Source of the DNA: Bugula neritina
Lineage: Eukaryota; Animalia; Bryozoa
Assembly: GCA_964035545.1 (NCBI GenBank)
Contig: OZ037768.1
Span: 18,583,700-18,647,699, forward strand
DNA: 64,000 bases
Direction of reading: 5' to 3'
The position numbers were made by a program, and so were the translations under genes. The notes beneath the pieces were generated by a model. That model ran no database searches and was not told the DNA's origin. It saw nothing but the letters and a program-made list of their open reading frames with translations. This document shows positions 26,532 through 40,600 of this stretch, piece by piece. Numbering within the stretch: position 1 is the stretch's first letter; each line of letters opens with the position of its first letter.

Positions 26532-27489
26532 GATTTATATGGAGCAATCAGAATCTATGCCCTGTAATGAAAAAATTGCAAATTAAATCCTTTTTATCCA
26601 TCTACAGCGTAAAAAATTTAAATAACAATAATCTTGACTAGCTTTCCAAGTATTAAGTTAACATGGAGCTTATCAACAAGTGCAATGCTCACAACACATA
26701 TCTACCATGAAAATTTTGACTTAATCTTTTTAACAAGAAGTTCCATAGAACGACTCTGTTTCAATTATAGTTACTCCTAATGTAGAAAACCTGTTGAGTT
26801 TTACACTAATTTAGTATTGGCCAACTAATTACAAGCAATAAATTCAGATTAGATAAAATTAAATTTAAATAACCATAATGGATCTCATAATATTTATACT
26901 AAATAAAAATGCAACACAAACACGTAAAACTAAATTCGATTTTCATTATAATAATAATTACTACTAATACTATGGCATAATGTCTACCTAGTTCTACACT
27001 ATGATATCGATTCATGATTGCCATAACAATAATGATACTCGTATCAATATCATATAGTTATATTATAAGATAAGTGTAAGTTATAAATTTATTATATTAA
27101 CAAGAAAAAAAAACTTAATACTAATAGTTACAAATAACAAAATTATATTATCATAATCATTAATGATTATCATATGATTATGTTCAAATCATAAAATTAA
27201 ATGCTTCAATTTTATTTATAATGAAAATTAAAATGTTAATATTCAATTATTATTATTAAATTTAATAATTTTGAAAATCAAAACGAATATCAATATACTA
27301 TATAGTTAAACACTTTTCCTAAAATTTAAATAGTAAGTTACTAATAGTAATAGTAATACTAATACTAATAGTAATAGTAATAGACATAGTATTAGTAATA
27401 GTAATAGTAATATAACTTAAACTTGCGTCAAATTTTAAAGGTAATCTTTTTTGATTATAAAATACTAATAGTAATCGTATTAAACTGAT

Positions 27490-28130
27490 CTTACTTGAAG
27501 ATTTGTACTTCAGTAGTAACAGCAAAGGGTTTGGTTATGAGAATGAAGAGATATGGTTAATGACAGGACAACAGAGTTCATGAGAGTTCAGAAATCGCCT
27601 GATAGCGAAATACTTTACATAAATGCAAGTTCGAGCGGACCAATGTAGCTATCTATCTATGTTTAATAATAGTCGAGTTCTAAGTCAACGTAAAACACCT
27701 CATGTAATGTGGCTGATCACGCGTGTTAAAGTTTCACATTCTGGCGTGATATCGTTTGGCCAATCAAAATTGCAGCTTTCTCTACTGAAGCATGGCGTTT
27801 GTTTATAGTCAATCGATAAGCCGATACTATCATCAATGGTTATTGTTGTTGCGTTATGGGCATTAGTTGAAGCTAGAATAACTCCGCACTAACATAAGTT
27901 TTTTAAAGAGAGAATAACTCTTAAAAAAGAAAAAAGGGTTTGTTGTAAGTCGAAACTAGTTTCAGAATTTATATCGATATAACAATGATATTGAGGATAG
28001 AAAATAACAGCGCGGAATTCAAGTGAGCAAAGCTGAAGCTTAATTTATTATTATTGATAATTTAGTGGAGCCAGCAGTTCAGGTTCTAGCAACTATGAAA
28101 ATAGTTTTGCAGTGATAACAGGCGTAGTCA
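27490..28130. promoter_or_regulatory. Putative bidirectional promoter INSIG(-)/TRAIP(+)
   Basis: CpG-enriched patch between head-to-head genes. CCAAT at 27640 and 27760; SRE-like ATCACGCCAG (minus, 27741-27750); ATCACGCGTG at 27716; TATCGATA at 27972; GCGCGGAA at 28010; minus-strand donor GTAAGA at ~27494. Confidence 0.55.
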
Positions 28131-28989
28131 CGGTTGTTACATATAATACTCATTGTAATGGTATATTAATATTTAAATATTTATAATCAATTTAATTTCA
28201 TCATATGTTTATAATTATAATGATAATCAATGTCTTGTCTATGACTTTATCAGTATCAGACTCAGTTTCAGTCTGAGTCTTGTATAATCATTAAATTTAA
28301 TGAATAAATTATTAAATATAATGATTATCATTTTGATAAAGTAATAAACTAAAACTTAAAGTTAAACTGTTACTGTTAGTGTTACACTTAGTGGCATAGT
28401 GCTAGTGTTACTCTTACTATTAGTATTAGAGTTAGTGAAACTGAATGTGATAGTGATACTAAGTCTAATACAGTGAATGACTCAGTGATAGTTGATAGTG
28501 ATGGACCGTTAGCGTCAGACTTTAGAGTTAGACTTAGTTATGCTTATACTTATAGTTATAAGTTAAACTTAAAGTTAGTGCTCTCTGCTATCTGCTAATA
28601 TAAATTATAAGTACAACATAAACATTGACTTATATTTATAATTTTTAACTATAACTGTATAAGATTAAGTATCAGTAGTACTATTAGTATTAGTATACTT
28701 AGATCTCTAACTAAATTGTGTCATCTGAGTTGTTTGAATGGATGCAGGTCATTTCGTACACAAGTCATTTCGTACACAGTTAGTGAGAAACTTAGTCAGT
28801 ATCTTTTATATAATAATCAGTAACTAGCAATTTTTAGATTGTCACTAAGTCTAACTTGTCTTTGCCTTTGGTGAGGTTAGCAACAGATAAAAATATTAAT
28901 TTTGAAATTTGTTTTCTATTTGCAAGATTTTAATTAGAGTCATTTACCAGGAACTAATTATTTTAAAGGTTGATCGTTAAAATAAGGAT

Positions 28990-31900
28990 ATGTTTGGAAG
29001 TGCTGTTTGTCAGATATGTACAGACCAGTACGACGCAGAGAAACCCATTGCAGCAATGCCTTGTGGTCACACTTTTCATGATGACTGCCTGAGTCGCTGG
29101 TTGCTAACTACAAGAAACTGCCCATCCTGCAGAAAGCCATTGAAAAAGAGTCAGAATCCTATTCACCGGGTGAGTTACCATGGGTTACAAACACTAATCA
29201 ATAAATATGTGTAGAATAACTCATTAACTAGAATGTTTTCTCTTTCTAGCTGTTCTTTAGCTTAGAGCACAGTGGCTGTTCACCTGCTGGAGCAAGTCAA
29301 AAATCTCAAGATTCTGCACTGTTAGAAAAAAATAGAAAATTACAAGTTCAAGTGACATCTTTGCAAGCTGCTATTGAAAAATTTAAAGTGTAAGTCTTGC
29401 AACCAATCAATTTCTACAGTAGCTCAATCTAGTTCATTACATGGAAAATTATTTCAAAGGACATTGCACAATATATGTCAGTTCAAGTAACTTTTAAAAA
29501 TTATTTGCTTCAACAAGTAACGAAATACTTTTCTGTTATCAATGTTGTTACAGTAAATATGTCTTTTTCCATTCAAGCTACTAGATCCTTTATTTTTAAT
29601 TTTAGAAACCAGGCTGGTTTAAAAGTTCACCGTTTAAACTTTCAGGCTTGCTTAATAATTGGGTTGTGTGGTGCAGCAGCTGAAAATGACATGCAGTGAA
29701 AGTTAGCTATAATTAGTAAAGGTTTTATAGTAGCTGTAAAGTCAAACGTCATAGACTGCTAGCGATCAAAAATCCCAAATCAATTCATCACATCAGCAAA
29801 ATTCATTATAAAACAAAATTGTTTAGGCATACAACTTTAAAACAGTATATAGATGGAAACTAATACATGCAAGAATATTTTAATACTGCATAAGTGAAGT
29901 GTGTCAGGGATTCTTTAAGGAATGCAACTTGAAGTAGATGAGTGATCCTCACCCTTACCACTATTAGACCTATAGCTTCAAGTAGCAAAACTACCCTCAT
30001 AATACATAATGTTTGCTGTCAGAACATTTTATGAAGCATCGCTATATTATAATCATGTATCAAACTATCTGTTGACCTTCGTTTTAGACATCACAATACA
30101 ATTCAGACTATTGCTGACTGCATCTTTGGGATAAATTTTAAAATGTAAACTTCTTTGGTATATAATACAATCAGAATCAGTTTAGTTAACCCTATTTTAT
30201 TTTGAACACCACTTTTATAAATATATTTTTATGTATTCTATCAGTGAAATATTTTATAAAAACTTATAGAGAGTGTCAAGACGCTGATAGTGAGAAGGCT
30301 GCTCTATCTTATGCACTTTCTAACAAGAGCAGCGAAATAGAGGTTAGTATAAACATGTGTTTTCAAATATTTTCAAATAATAAATCCTATAGCTCTTTGT
30401 GAGAGTTGTCTCATATTTAACAAAAGTCTAATAAGGCACGTAAGTTCATGTTGTGTATTTAAAGATTTAAATGTACAATTAAGTTACTCATGTTGAACAT
30501 TACATCACATCAGTTTTTAATCGATAATTAGAGTTTTTCTGCTTCCAATATTGGATTGATTGACTGGCACAAGAAAAAGCTTTGTAAATTTGACATTAGA
30601 AAGTTGTCTTGTCATTGTGTGATTTAGGTGTTGGAGAAAACACAAGAAAAGTTGAAAAGAAAAATACGAGAATTCACCGTCAAGCAATCAGAGCTGGTGG
30701 GGGTAAAAGATGAGTTGAACCATCTCCGTAATGTCCAGACAATAGTTCAAGGTGAGCAACTTTTAGTTGCTCATTTTTTAGTTTAATTTTGAAAGATATT
30801 GTTAAAAAGATCATTTTGATTGTCTGAATGTTTATTGAATTACTTCAATTATCTTAAGGTGTTGAAAAAGATGTGGTGAAGATGCTGGAAGAGAAAGTAG
30901 GTTATACCCCGCAGCAACTGACCTACGTGGTTCTCCTTCGTCAGCAACTCAGCAATTCCAAGAAGACTTGTGAAAAGTTGAAGCGGGAAATTGGGGAATG
31001 TCGGGAAAGCCTTCTATCCTATCAAAGGTGTCTAATAAACAATATTAAAATGCCAGAAGAGTCATTTTATATTAAAACCAACTCTAAAAAAAAAATTTTA
31101 TACATGTATTTTACTTTTGGTTGAAAATTGCAAAAGTGCCTTAGATTAGGTGGAATATTCGAACATGTTTTTAGAGGAAATTTGCGAGACAGTCAACTGT
31201 TGAGATATGTTTTGTGACATCATTTTGTTTACTCAATTTCTTAATTTTGTGCAGAACTTTGTAAGAGATTTATGGCTATAGTTGTTAATAATACACGTGT
31301 TCTTCTGTTAGGCATGATGCATGTATATGTTTATACTTCTGCATATATTGCAGGAGTGTAAACTTATACATTATATTGCTGAATCATCATTTAGAAGTGG
31401 TTTTTTTAGAGACTCGGTTAACTTTCTGGTTGTTTTCTTGGCGTTCAAGGACAGTTTAATCACGGTGTGCAAGCATTGCATTTCTTTATCTTTCGAGAGA
31501 TGCTTTTAAGTTGTATCGAAGTATTTTTTATTTTAGAAAGTATGAGTCAAGTGAAGCTGAAATAAACTTGTTGAAACTGGAACTCGCAAAATCTGAAGCA
31601 CACAATCTTGCCCTTGAGAAGTAAGTCAACATAACTAGCTACAATTTGTAAAGAGAATGTGTACCTCAATGCATTGGCAGTTTTTTTCAGAAGTTTCTAT
31701 TATATACAGTCACTCTTGTGGTGAAAGCAAATTGTCGTTTTATGTGTTTATGTATTTATTGGGATTCCATCTTGTTAGGAAGTGTAAAAAGCTGATAAAT
31801 TCAATAGACAGTCCCAGTGGAGTTTCTGCAAGTCTGGCAAAAAGAATTGTACACCAGAGTCCAGCCCCCATGTTTATAACTCCGTTACCTTCTGAGAAAC

Positions 31901-34535
31901 CTCTGAGTGTGAATGAGAAGTTGAGTGAAGGTGGGTAGATTTTAGTATAAGTAAAGAATCAGTTATACTACTTTGCTAACTTAATGCATTATTGTGTTTA
32001 TAAGGAGTTGTTCCACCTGCTTTTACAAGTCCAATTTTTTTCATCAAGTCACATGTTTTTTCCTAATTATTCAGCTACTTCTGATTGCAGACTGTTACGA
32101 AAAAACCGTAACGGTCCGCAATCCAAATTACCTAAATAAATAAGAAAAAACATGGGAAATTAAGCAAAATTAAAAAGAACCTTGATTATTTAGGTGTATT
32201 TATTGATATTTTACTAGTTTTGGGCAAAAACCCATGTTCATTAACAGCTAAATTGTGAAAAATAGCTAAAAACTGAAGATTTCCAGTGTGTACTAAATTA
32301 AGTAAAATGACCCATAGGCTGCAATACCATGGAATGATTTAATTTTTGAAATAAATATATAAGGCTTTACGTTTATATCCAATGAACGTTGTTTACACGC
32401 AATATCTTTAGTTTTTAAATTGTAAACTACATAATGATTAGTTGAAAGTGTTTATAACATTCAGCAGATGACAATCCTAAAACTCGCCTTAGTTATGGTA
32501 ACAATGATGATGAAGAGAGTTATATGCCTGTACCAAAAGTCGCAAAGAAATCAAAATATATTGAATCTAAATCAAATCTAACTCAGGGCAGGAAAGGTGA
32601 CTGTTTTATTCTACATTATATATTCCTATTGGATCAGCATGTTTAGTGTTTTATTCTATTACTAAACTGACATATTCGTTGGTTTACACTACTGTATTCT
32701 TTGTAATAATTTTTGTTGGCTGTTGAAACTTACAATGCGTTAGTTGCAAAGTATTTTATATACATTTTGTGATATTAAAATATCTTGTTATTGTGAAATA
32801 TATAATTTAGTTATTTTATGTTTGTGGAGCTGGTCTTTTGCATTGGCAAAACTAGATTTTTATTTACCATTTCAATCATTTGAATGGTTAACCTCCATGT
32901 TTGTAGTCTAAGTATGTGTTGCTCTGCTATTGTTACATGTGAAATGAGTACAGCATATAAACTGTATTCACTCTTAGATGCTGGAGATGTCACTCCTCCA
33001 GTTAACCAATCAGCTCTGCCCATCAAACCAAACAACTCGCTCAAGTTCAAGGCATATCGACGGAAAAATGTGTTACAAGAATTTAAAAGGTTGAGGCATT
33101 ATTTTATATTACTTGATCATTATAATTCATGTTTCCCTGTATAGAATAATGTGAAAACACGCTTTATTATTAATAGGAGCTCTCTGTTATACTCAGTCAT
33201 GTGCAGACGACTCACATGTTACACTTCCAACTCTCAACCAATAAACATGTGCCTTTTCTCAATATTTATGTATTCCTTGCAAATATTTATGCGACTGCTA
33301 AATTGCTTCTCACGTGCAGCTAGTCTAGATAGGTTTGGTTTGTGTTGTGAAATTAGCTATCAGTAATTGATTTGAACTTGCCATTTCACTGTTAATTTCC
33401 TGTCATGCATCTTACAGGAAAAGTTTTATGATTGTACTTGTATTTAGCTGATGATATTTTCCTAGGCATCCAGTTTCTGGTAAACATACTTGATGTGAAA
33501 ATAGCTTGACATTTCTTTGCATAAGAAAGGCTATAGTGTCACTTGAATATGCTGTTTGATTTTTTAGGAATAAAAATAGTACTTATGAGTCCAAATATTT
33601 CAGACATGGTTTTGATGGCATGGGTGGGCAAACACAATCATGTAAGTTAATAAGTTAAATGATATTTTCAGATATACAAACTGCTTATTTATAGTATCAT
33701 TTTACTTTGCCAATTAAATAGCTCTTCTGCATATATTAATTGCCATGCATCAAGCTTGAAGTTCTAACTTTTTACCACGTTAGCTTAGCAATTGTAGCCA
33801 ACTAAATGCACAGCATTTCAAATAGATTCCCTTCATTTATTTTATCATATAAATTTATGTTACCAATAAAGATGTCTGGCTAATGTATAACTTGTTTTTT
33901 AAAATTTGAAGAACTTTGTCTGCAGTGAGGTTTTTAAAATTTTTACTGTTTGAGTTTTTCATTTTCAAAATGAAGTCTTTGGTTTAGCAACTTTTAAAGC
34001 ATATATTTTCGTTTTTTGCTGTGTTTTATAATGCAATCAACAAATCTTCTTCATGATCCGTGATGATAGGGCGGTGCTTATGAGTTAACAATCTTTCACT
34101 AAATATTAGCACCAGCTAAACAAAATATGCTGGAGTGTCAAAATTGCTTAAATAGTTGCAGTTCTCAGCAGATCTGTTAAGATCTGGAAATTGAATTGAT
34201 CCAATTGGAGTTAGAGCTGTGACAGACAATCAGTTTCCATAATTTTATACATACTAAAGCTACGGCACACAGTCATTATTATATTTAGATAGTGCAATAA
34301 GTCTCATTGATTAAATAAATGTTATATTCATTCTTGTTGGATATATGCTTATATAATGTTTAAAATGGTATGGCCTTGTACGGAACCAAACAGTTTCAAT
34401 CTCTGTTCAATTGTAGATAATCGTACACAAGATGCAATGCAATTCAACATCTTCAAAAAGTCCGCAAAGAGACAGGAGAAGACAATCTCATCAACTCACA
34501 AATATATCCCAGAAGAGGTCATACTTATTGAATAA
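28990..34535 (+). CDS. TRAIP: E3 ubiquitin ligase TRAIP (RING-H2 plus coiled coil), ~452 aa. Exons 28990-29169, 29250-29389, 30270-30342, 30628-30751, 30859-31027, 31537-31620, 31779-31930, 32465-32596, 32978-33089, 33568-33641, 34417-34535
   Basis: N-terminal CQIC...CGHTFHDDC..W....CPSCR followed by IHRLFF, a coiled coil, RIVHQSPAP and FRHGFDGMGG, matching the TRAIP motifs NKLFF, ESPAP and GFDGLGG. Confidence 0.88.
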
Positions 34536-34764
34536 GTTTATTCATGATAATTTTAATTTATGCGAGTATATTCAGATTTTGATTACTATATTTTTCTTAA
34601 GTATTGTAATACTACAAATAAACTTTAGTATACTAAGAAGCTATATTGTTCTTGATAATAACAAACTTCAGACTGCTGTTGTTGATAAGTATAATTGTAT
34701 ATAGTGTAGCTGACAAATAATACATCTTGGTGGATCAATATAAATAGATAGTATCTCAGCAGAA

Positions 34765-36145
34765 CTAACTTTTAAGCTCAGCAAATACACTGTTGAATTC
34801 TGAACTAAAATTATAATCTTGTGTGAGTCCTCTGCTTTCCCCCAAATACGAGGTTACCTGTGTCATATTCACCACTGGATTGATTCTCACAGTGGGAGGT
34901 GATGAGGGTAACAATTGTCCCTTTTTGTTCATGGATTTCAGTATTGATTTGCATGGATAATCAAGAATTTGAGTGTCATCTTCCACGCCGGAGTATTCCT
35001 CCCCTGCATGTAACTGTCTATGTAATATCTTCATCATTGCTACTATTGAGTCTGCGGTTTGCTTGCTCATAGAGAGCAGCTCTGAAGCTTTATCATGGTC
35101 TGTCTCATTCTCCGTACTTTCCTTGGTGGTGACCGTACTCCTCAACTGCTTCCGACTACTTGTTGGACTAACAGTCTGGTGTGGACATAGTTCAGGAATT
35201 GCATGTTGACTAGTGGTTGAATTTTTCTGCTGCAATGGCAATAAACTATTGTTACTTTTATATAAATCATGATCACTGATGTTTTAAAAAAGACTAGGTA
35301 TAGAGTATAGACAGTACAGCTAGTGTAATCTAATTGATCCCATTGCTGCTGTCTTTAAATGTAATGAAAACTTCATTTGCAAAATTAACTGATATTTTAT
35401 AATAAAGTTCAATACAATTATGTATAGAAAGTTCTGGAGAATTAGAGGATAATAATGTATTTTTGTAGGGTCTACCGACAATATTATATTCGCTTTGCAT
35501 ATGAACCATAGAACCATAAAATACATCACAAATTTCACTTGGGCTTGCCATATGAGTAAATATTTTTGCTTGCAGCACCCACACTGTGGCCAGACTTGCA
35601 AAAAACTGATGTGCACAAAATTTAGCTTTAGATTATAAAATGTGCTAGCTGTAAGGGTATGAAAACTTTTGAAATTGAACACACCATTGCACAAAATTTT
35701 TATCTAATTAACTGAGCTGGTTGGTTGCAGAAACATGAGAATTTTATTTTATCAAGTCTCACGACACATGTGTATAGTCAATAGTATTCTAATGAGCTGT
35801 TAAAGTGTTACTCACTGTGTTGATGTTGGGTAGACAGTCACTATGAGTTTGTTTGGGTGTGTCTTCTTCAAGGAGAACTAGTGGTAAACTCGATCTTCGG
35901 ACATTTTTGCTACTCAATCTTGGCAACCTAAGAAGTGATAAAATCTCATTTGAGATACAACCTCACCTGTTTTCTAGAATAAGTTTGGTGATTGCTTTAT
36001 AAACCAGTAAAGCTCCAAAAACTCACCGATCATTTGTTATTTTCTTCATCTTATCATTATCATTAAAAAAATTTTAAATCTCAATCAAATCTTAAACAAC
36101 TTATCCTTACCTTAGACCATCATGAGTTTGGCGTCTCTGATGCAT
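34765..36145 (-). CDS. Uncharacterised ~203-aa disordered protein. Exons 36145-36111, 35927-35816, 35229-34765
   Basis: Strong donors (GTAAGG, GTGAGT) and phase-compatible splicing into ORF 34765-35241; contains KSILK. Confidence 0.6.
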
Positions 36146-37614
36146 GGTTTCGTTTGGTGTTGTTAATGCTTTGGTAAACTACCTCCTACCAAGCCCTGCT
36201 TTATACCTCCCTAAGTCTCTTGTGATTGAAAACATTTATATCAAACTAAAAGCCGCTATTGGCCACTCAATACTATGTCAACAAATTAAAATTGATGTAT
36301 CCATTACAAATCAACTCAAACATTCGGCTATTGGTTTATATAAAAGCTTAATTTATGTAAAGTCAGATTGAGCTGCTTGTTTGTTTGTTCAAACTGCAAT
36401 TCAATTATTGGTATCTTGGATCTTATCAAACACTTGGTGCCTTCAACTCACTATCAGTAACTATAATTATAGTACTTCACAGACAAATATCATATATACC
36501 TATATATAGTAACACTATGACTTAAACTTATGATTTATTACTTCAGTTTACCAAAATAAGTTCTCACCACATCAATGTATTTACGTAATTAGTGTAAGTC
36601 ATCTTAATTTATTGCTCCAATGTCCAAAGTTTATGACTATTTGGATACTATCTTGGTTTGCAGGCTTGACGTACGCTATGTCTCTTTATCAGCCAACAAT
36701 ATTGTAATTACGACAATTCCCAGACAGGGCTAATCTATCTGCATGAAACTTGCTTTCGCTTTGCTTTTACTTTGTACATGTGATACGACTTGTAAGAGTC
36801 GCACTGCTCTACTCCAGTATCAGCTGATAGTTTTTACAAAGACTGTACCAACAAAGTATATTGTAAAGGAAAAACAATGTATTACATATCATCAAAGTAT
36901 AAGAATATAGTGCCTTGCAACTGTTCATAAAAACACAAAGTGTAAACACTTCTTCCAATTTCTCAAGTACATGTTTTGTATGCTTTAATAAATATCTTGA
37001 AGATACTATGTAAATAAAATATCTGGTATTTGAGTGTTGACAACTTACTACATTGAACTGACGTCACGATTAGTTCTAAATAATATTATAGCTAAAAATT
37101 TTGTTTACACATTAACACCAATAATTTGCACAGGCTATTTGTATAAGTGTAAGAAAACAATTAATTTTAAACACTCAAGTGGTAAAAGTATTAGTCAATT
37201 TGACAAGGAGTCTGATAAATTACGTCAGCAATTATTCCAAGTGTTTACAATATTTATGAGAAAACGTCAGTTCTTATTGCATGATACAAATGAAGGTGAA
37301 GTTAACAGAAACACATTGCTGTTATTTTTTAGTTTGATGTAAGCATAATATTATTTCATCCACTTTACATTAAACATTTTTCACTGCTGACAAATTAGCC
37401 AGCTATTATATTAAAAAACAATGTAGATAAAATATAGGTTTTTGGAGTTGATTCTAGGGCGACAGTTGCAGCAGTGACTGGCTTGCAACTCATAATCTAA
37501 TACTATATTTAGTAATTATGTATTTCATCTTTACTATTCTAACAAGAATTCTCCACTCCACTACACAGAAGACTAAAAGTTTTGTTGATATATATGATAA
37601 CTTATACCAAATCA

Positions 37615-40600
37615 TCAGATCCACCAAGGCTTATAGGGCATCAAGTGGCTCCCAAATTGAGTCGTCTGATTGGCTGTTGCATAACCTAGAAGCTCCATTG
37701 CTTTAGCACATACTTTCTCTGCAATCTCATTTACATTATATTCTGTATCTTCATACAATAAAGTGATATCCACTTTCGACATTGGCTCTGTTATTTTTCC
37801 CAACTCTTCGGTGACATTTAGCTAAAATGCAAAACAGACATGTTTTGTTTTTCTGATTCTTAAATAACTTCGGTGTAACTAGTGAGAATGCTGAGTGGGG
37901 TGAAAATGAGGAGCTTGAGTACTTTCACCTTATAAAACTTTTAAAACTTCAAATTCATTGTTTACTCACTTTTCAATTTGTTACTATATCACTACCATCA
38001 GGACAGTACTGATGGGTTTAGCTGCAGTAGCAGGAAAATTGCATTAGCCCTTAAGCAATGTTTTTGCATTTGGTTTCTTAAAAATAAACATGATAGGTTT
38101 GCTAGAACTCTTATCTTTACAACCAGTCATTTTACACTTGCCTGACTTTGTATGTATCCTTAATTATATAGAGTATGGAGGTTACCATATGCCTGCTGTT
38201 ATATTTAATATGATGTAGCAACAAAGCTTTCTAACTAGTAGTGGTAAATATTCTAAATAACATTTTGACACATTTTTAATACTTATGATATCTCAATTTC
38301 AACTGAAACATTAGATTTTAACTTCAACTTTTGTTGCATTTCAAGAATTAAGGTCTTACCCTATTAGGTTTCTAAAATTGACCACCTGCCTTCAGTCTTA
38401 AACTCTTTCTTTAGGATTGAAATTATGTAACGCCCTTAACACTCTGTTAAACTGGTAATAACATTTCAATTAACCTGATATTTTAGAAAACTACAAAAGA
38501 CACAAACTTTTACAAGTTGCAACATGTATAAATAAATTAAAGGTAACATATTTGATGTGTTATTCATACAGCTGATGTTTTTCACTATCTGCATGAAACT
38601 ACTCTTAATTAACTAAAGCAAGGTTTAGCTACCAGAAGCAATGTTTTATATACCATCGGTTAGCTTCTATTTTATTGCAAATGTAATTTTTTTTTTTAAA
38701 TTTATTATTTTTTTCCATATATGCAATTTAGAACATTTACATGCCTTTTCTTAAAAAACCACTAGGTGTATTGTTTTATTGAAAGAAGTGAGAGTCTATT
38801 TGTGAACAAGTAAACTTTAAATACTTTGTATTTGCATATTGTTGTTACACTGTATAGGCTATCGCCGTTCAGCACACAGTATTACAAAATAAATTCCAAA
38901 TGTATAAAGTAGATAAAATGGCATTGATCAAGTTTCAGCAGCTGTATGTTAACAATTTTTCTCTCCAGGGTTGGTTTCTTTTTGACTGGAACCTTTTATG
39001 AACTGAGGAATATTTCTCTATAACCTATGTGTGTATATAAACCATGGCCTGCAATAATCTTTCCATGTACATCATATGCATGTACGTGACTGTATGCATG
39101 ATTCTTAGTCTATTAGTGATACCTCACACAATGCAAATAAACAATAAATATTTCTTGACCTCGGTATTACCAGTCTACAATATATAGTTAGAGTTATCAG
39201 CCCTCCCCATAGGACGGTTTCTTTACGGATTTCTTCTTTAGTACTTATTTGGCCAAAACTCGATAAAAAAGCCAAGTAGTAAAATTTTTATGTATACAAG
39301 TGGTTTTTGCATTGTTTCAGTGAGTTAGATATTACGTGATGTTAAAAAGTATTAAAATTAATGAGAATTAGAGTTTTTGCAATTATATGTTATTTTCAAA
39401 TGCAGTTGTTTCAAGTTGCTTTTAAATAACCTAACTAGCTAAACTTTTATTTCTTATTATAGATAAACTGCTAGATATATGAGTTACCTTCAGAAAGTCA
39501 AGTATCTTCTCCAAAGATTCTGTAGGGTTTTCAATCATATCCTCATATCTTGTAAACAAATATTTGTGCGAAATATCTAATCCACCATTTTTTAAAGAAT
39601 TCTTCAACTTTCGCACTGCTTTTATATCTCTTGTTAGTCCAAGGCAGTATTCTCTAGCTATATCTACAGCTATTGGTTTGTCCTACACATGTAAGACATG
39701 AATTTAAATTAGTCAACAACTAAAAATGAATAGCTCAATATATTCTAAATATAAATGTTTTCTTTGTTAGAATTAATTTCCAAAACACCTTTTATTTTTA
39801 TTTTTAATCTTGAGTCTGGGGTATTTCATGAAAAAACTCTTAGAGAAAAAGAATTTATTCTCTTAGTTAGTATAACATTACAAATTATCTCCACATTGAA
39901 TAATTCTATCATTTTTGTAATAGCCTGCAGCAGAAATAGATGTGTCAAACTTGTAAGAAGGAAATGATTATAATCTAAACTTGCTACTTGGAGTGGATGT
40001 GCAAATAAAAATGACTCATGACTCGTGGCTCTTTTATATTAACTATTGATTAGTTCATTGAAGAGAGCAGGTGTAGTGGTTAGAGTGCTGGCCTAGTAAA
40101 CACAAAGTCAGTGGCTCAGCCCAAACATTGGCGGTCATGTTAAGAAGTGCATTCAGCCATAATAACCCATGCGCCACAAATTAAAAAAGTTTAGCCCTCT
40201 TTACAAAACCCTTTTCATCAGGGGTTCTTACAGGGATGGCGACTATAAACTCACATGACTGAGTTTATTGAGGGGCTAATCTACCATCAGCCTAACAATT
40301 CTGTGTTGAATATACATCTAATATTTAGTTCAAATAAATAGAAGTAAAAATGATATGCAAACCTGTAGCAGGTTACTTTTGTATGTTACCTTGATGACGG
40401 AAAACGCGTTGGTGTCATCTCTCAAGCGCTGCCATAAATTTAATATGACAAACCTCGGATCCGCTGCCAGGTGGACAAACTGGAGTGAGTCATTTAGAAA
40501 CAGGAAGTCCTGAAGTTCTAAGCCGCTGGTTTTGTAGATGTCCACCATCCTCACCGCCCTAGACTCACATCTGTGTAACACACCACACTATGATTGGTTA

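Noticed and set aside
28990-34535. TRAIP as a functional partner of the TNFR-like receptor
   Set aside because: The name suggests TRAF binding, but its established role is replisome ubiquitylation; proximity is probably coincidental.
35320-35694. Two overlapping minus-strand ORFs as extra exons of the 34.8-36.1 kb gene
   Set aside because: No splice combination I found keeps the frame open through to the last exon; treated as intron.
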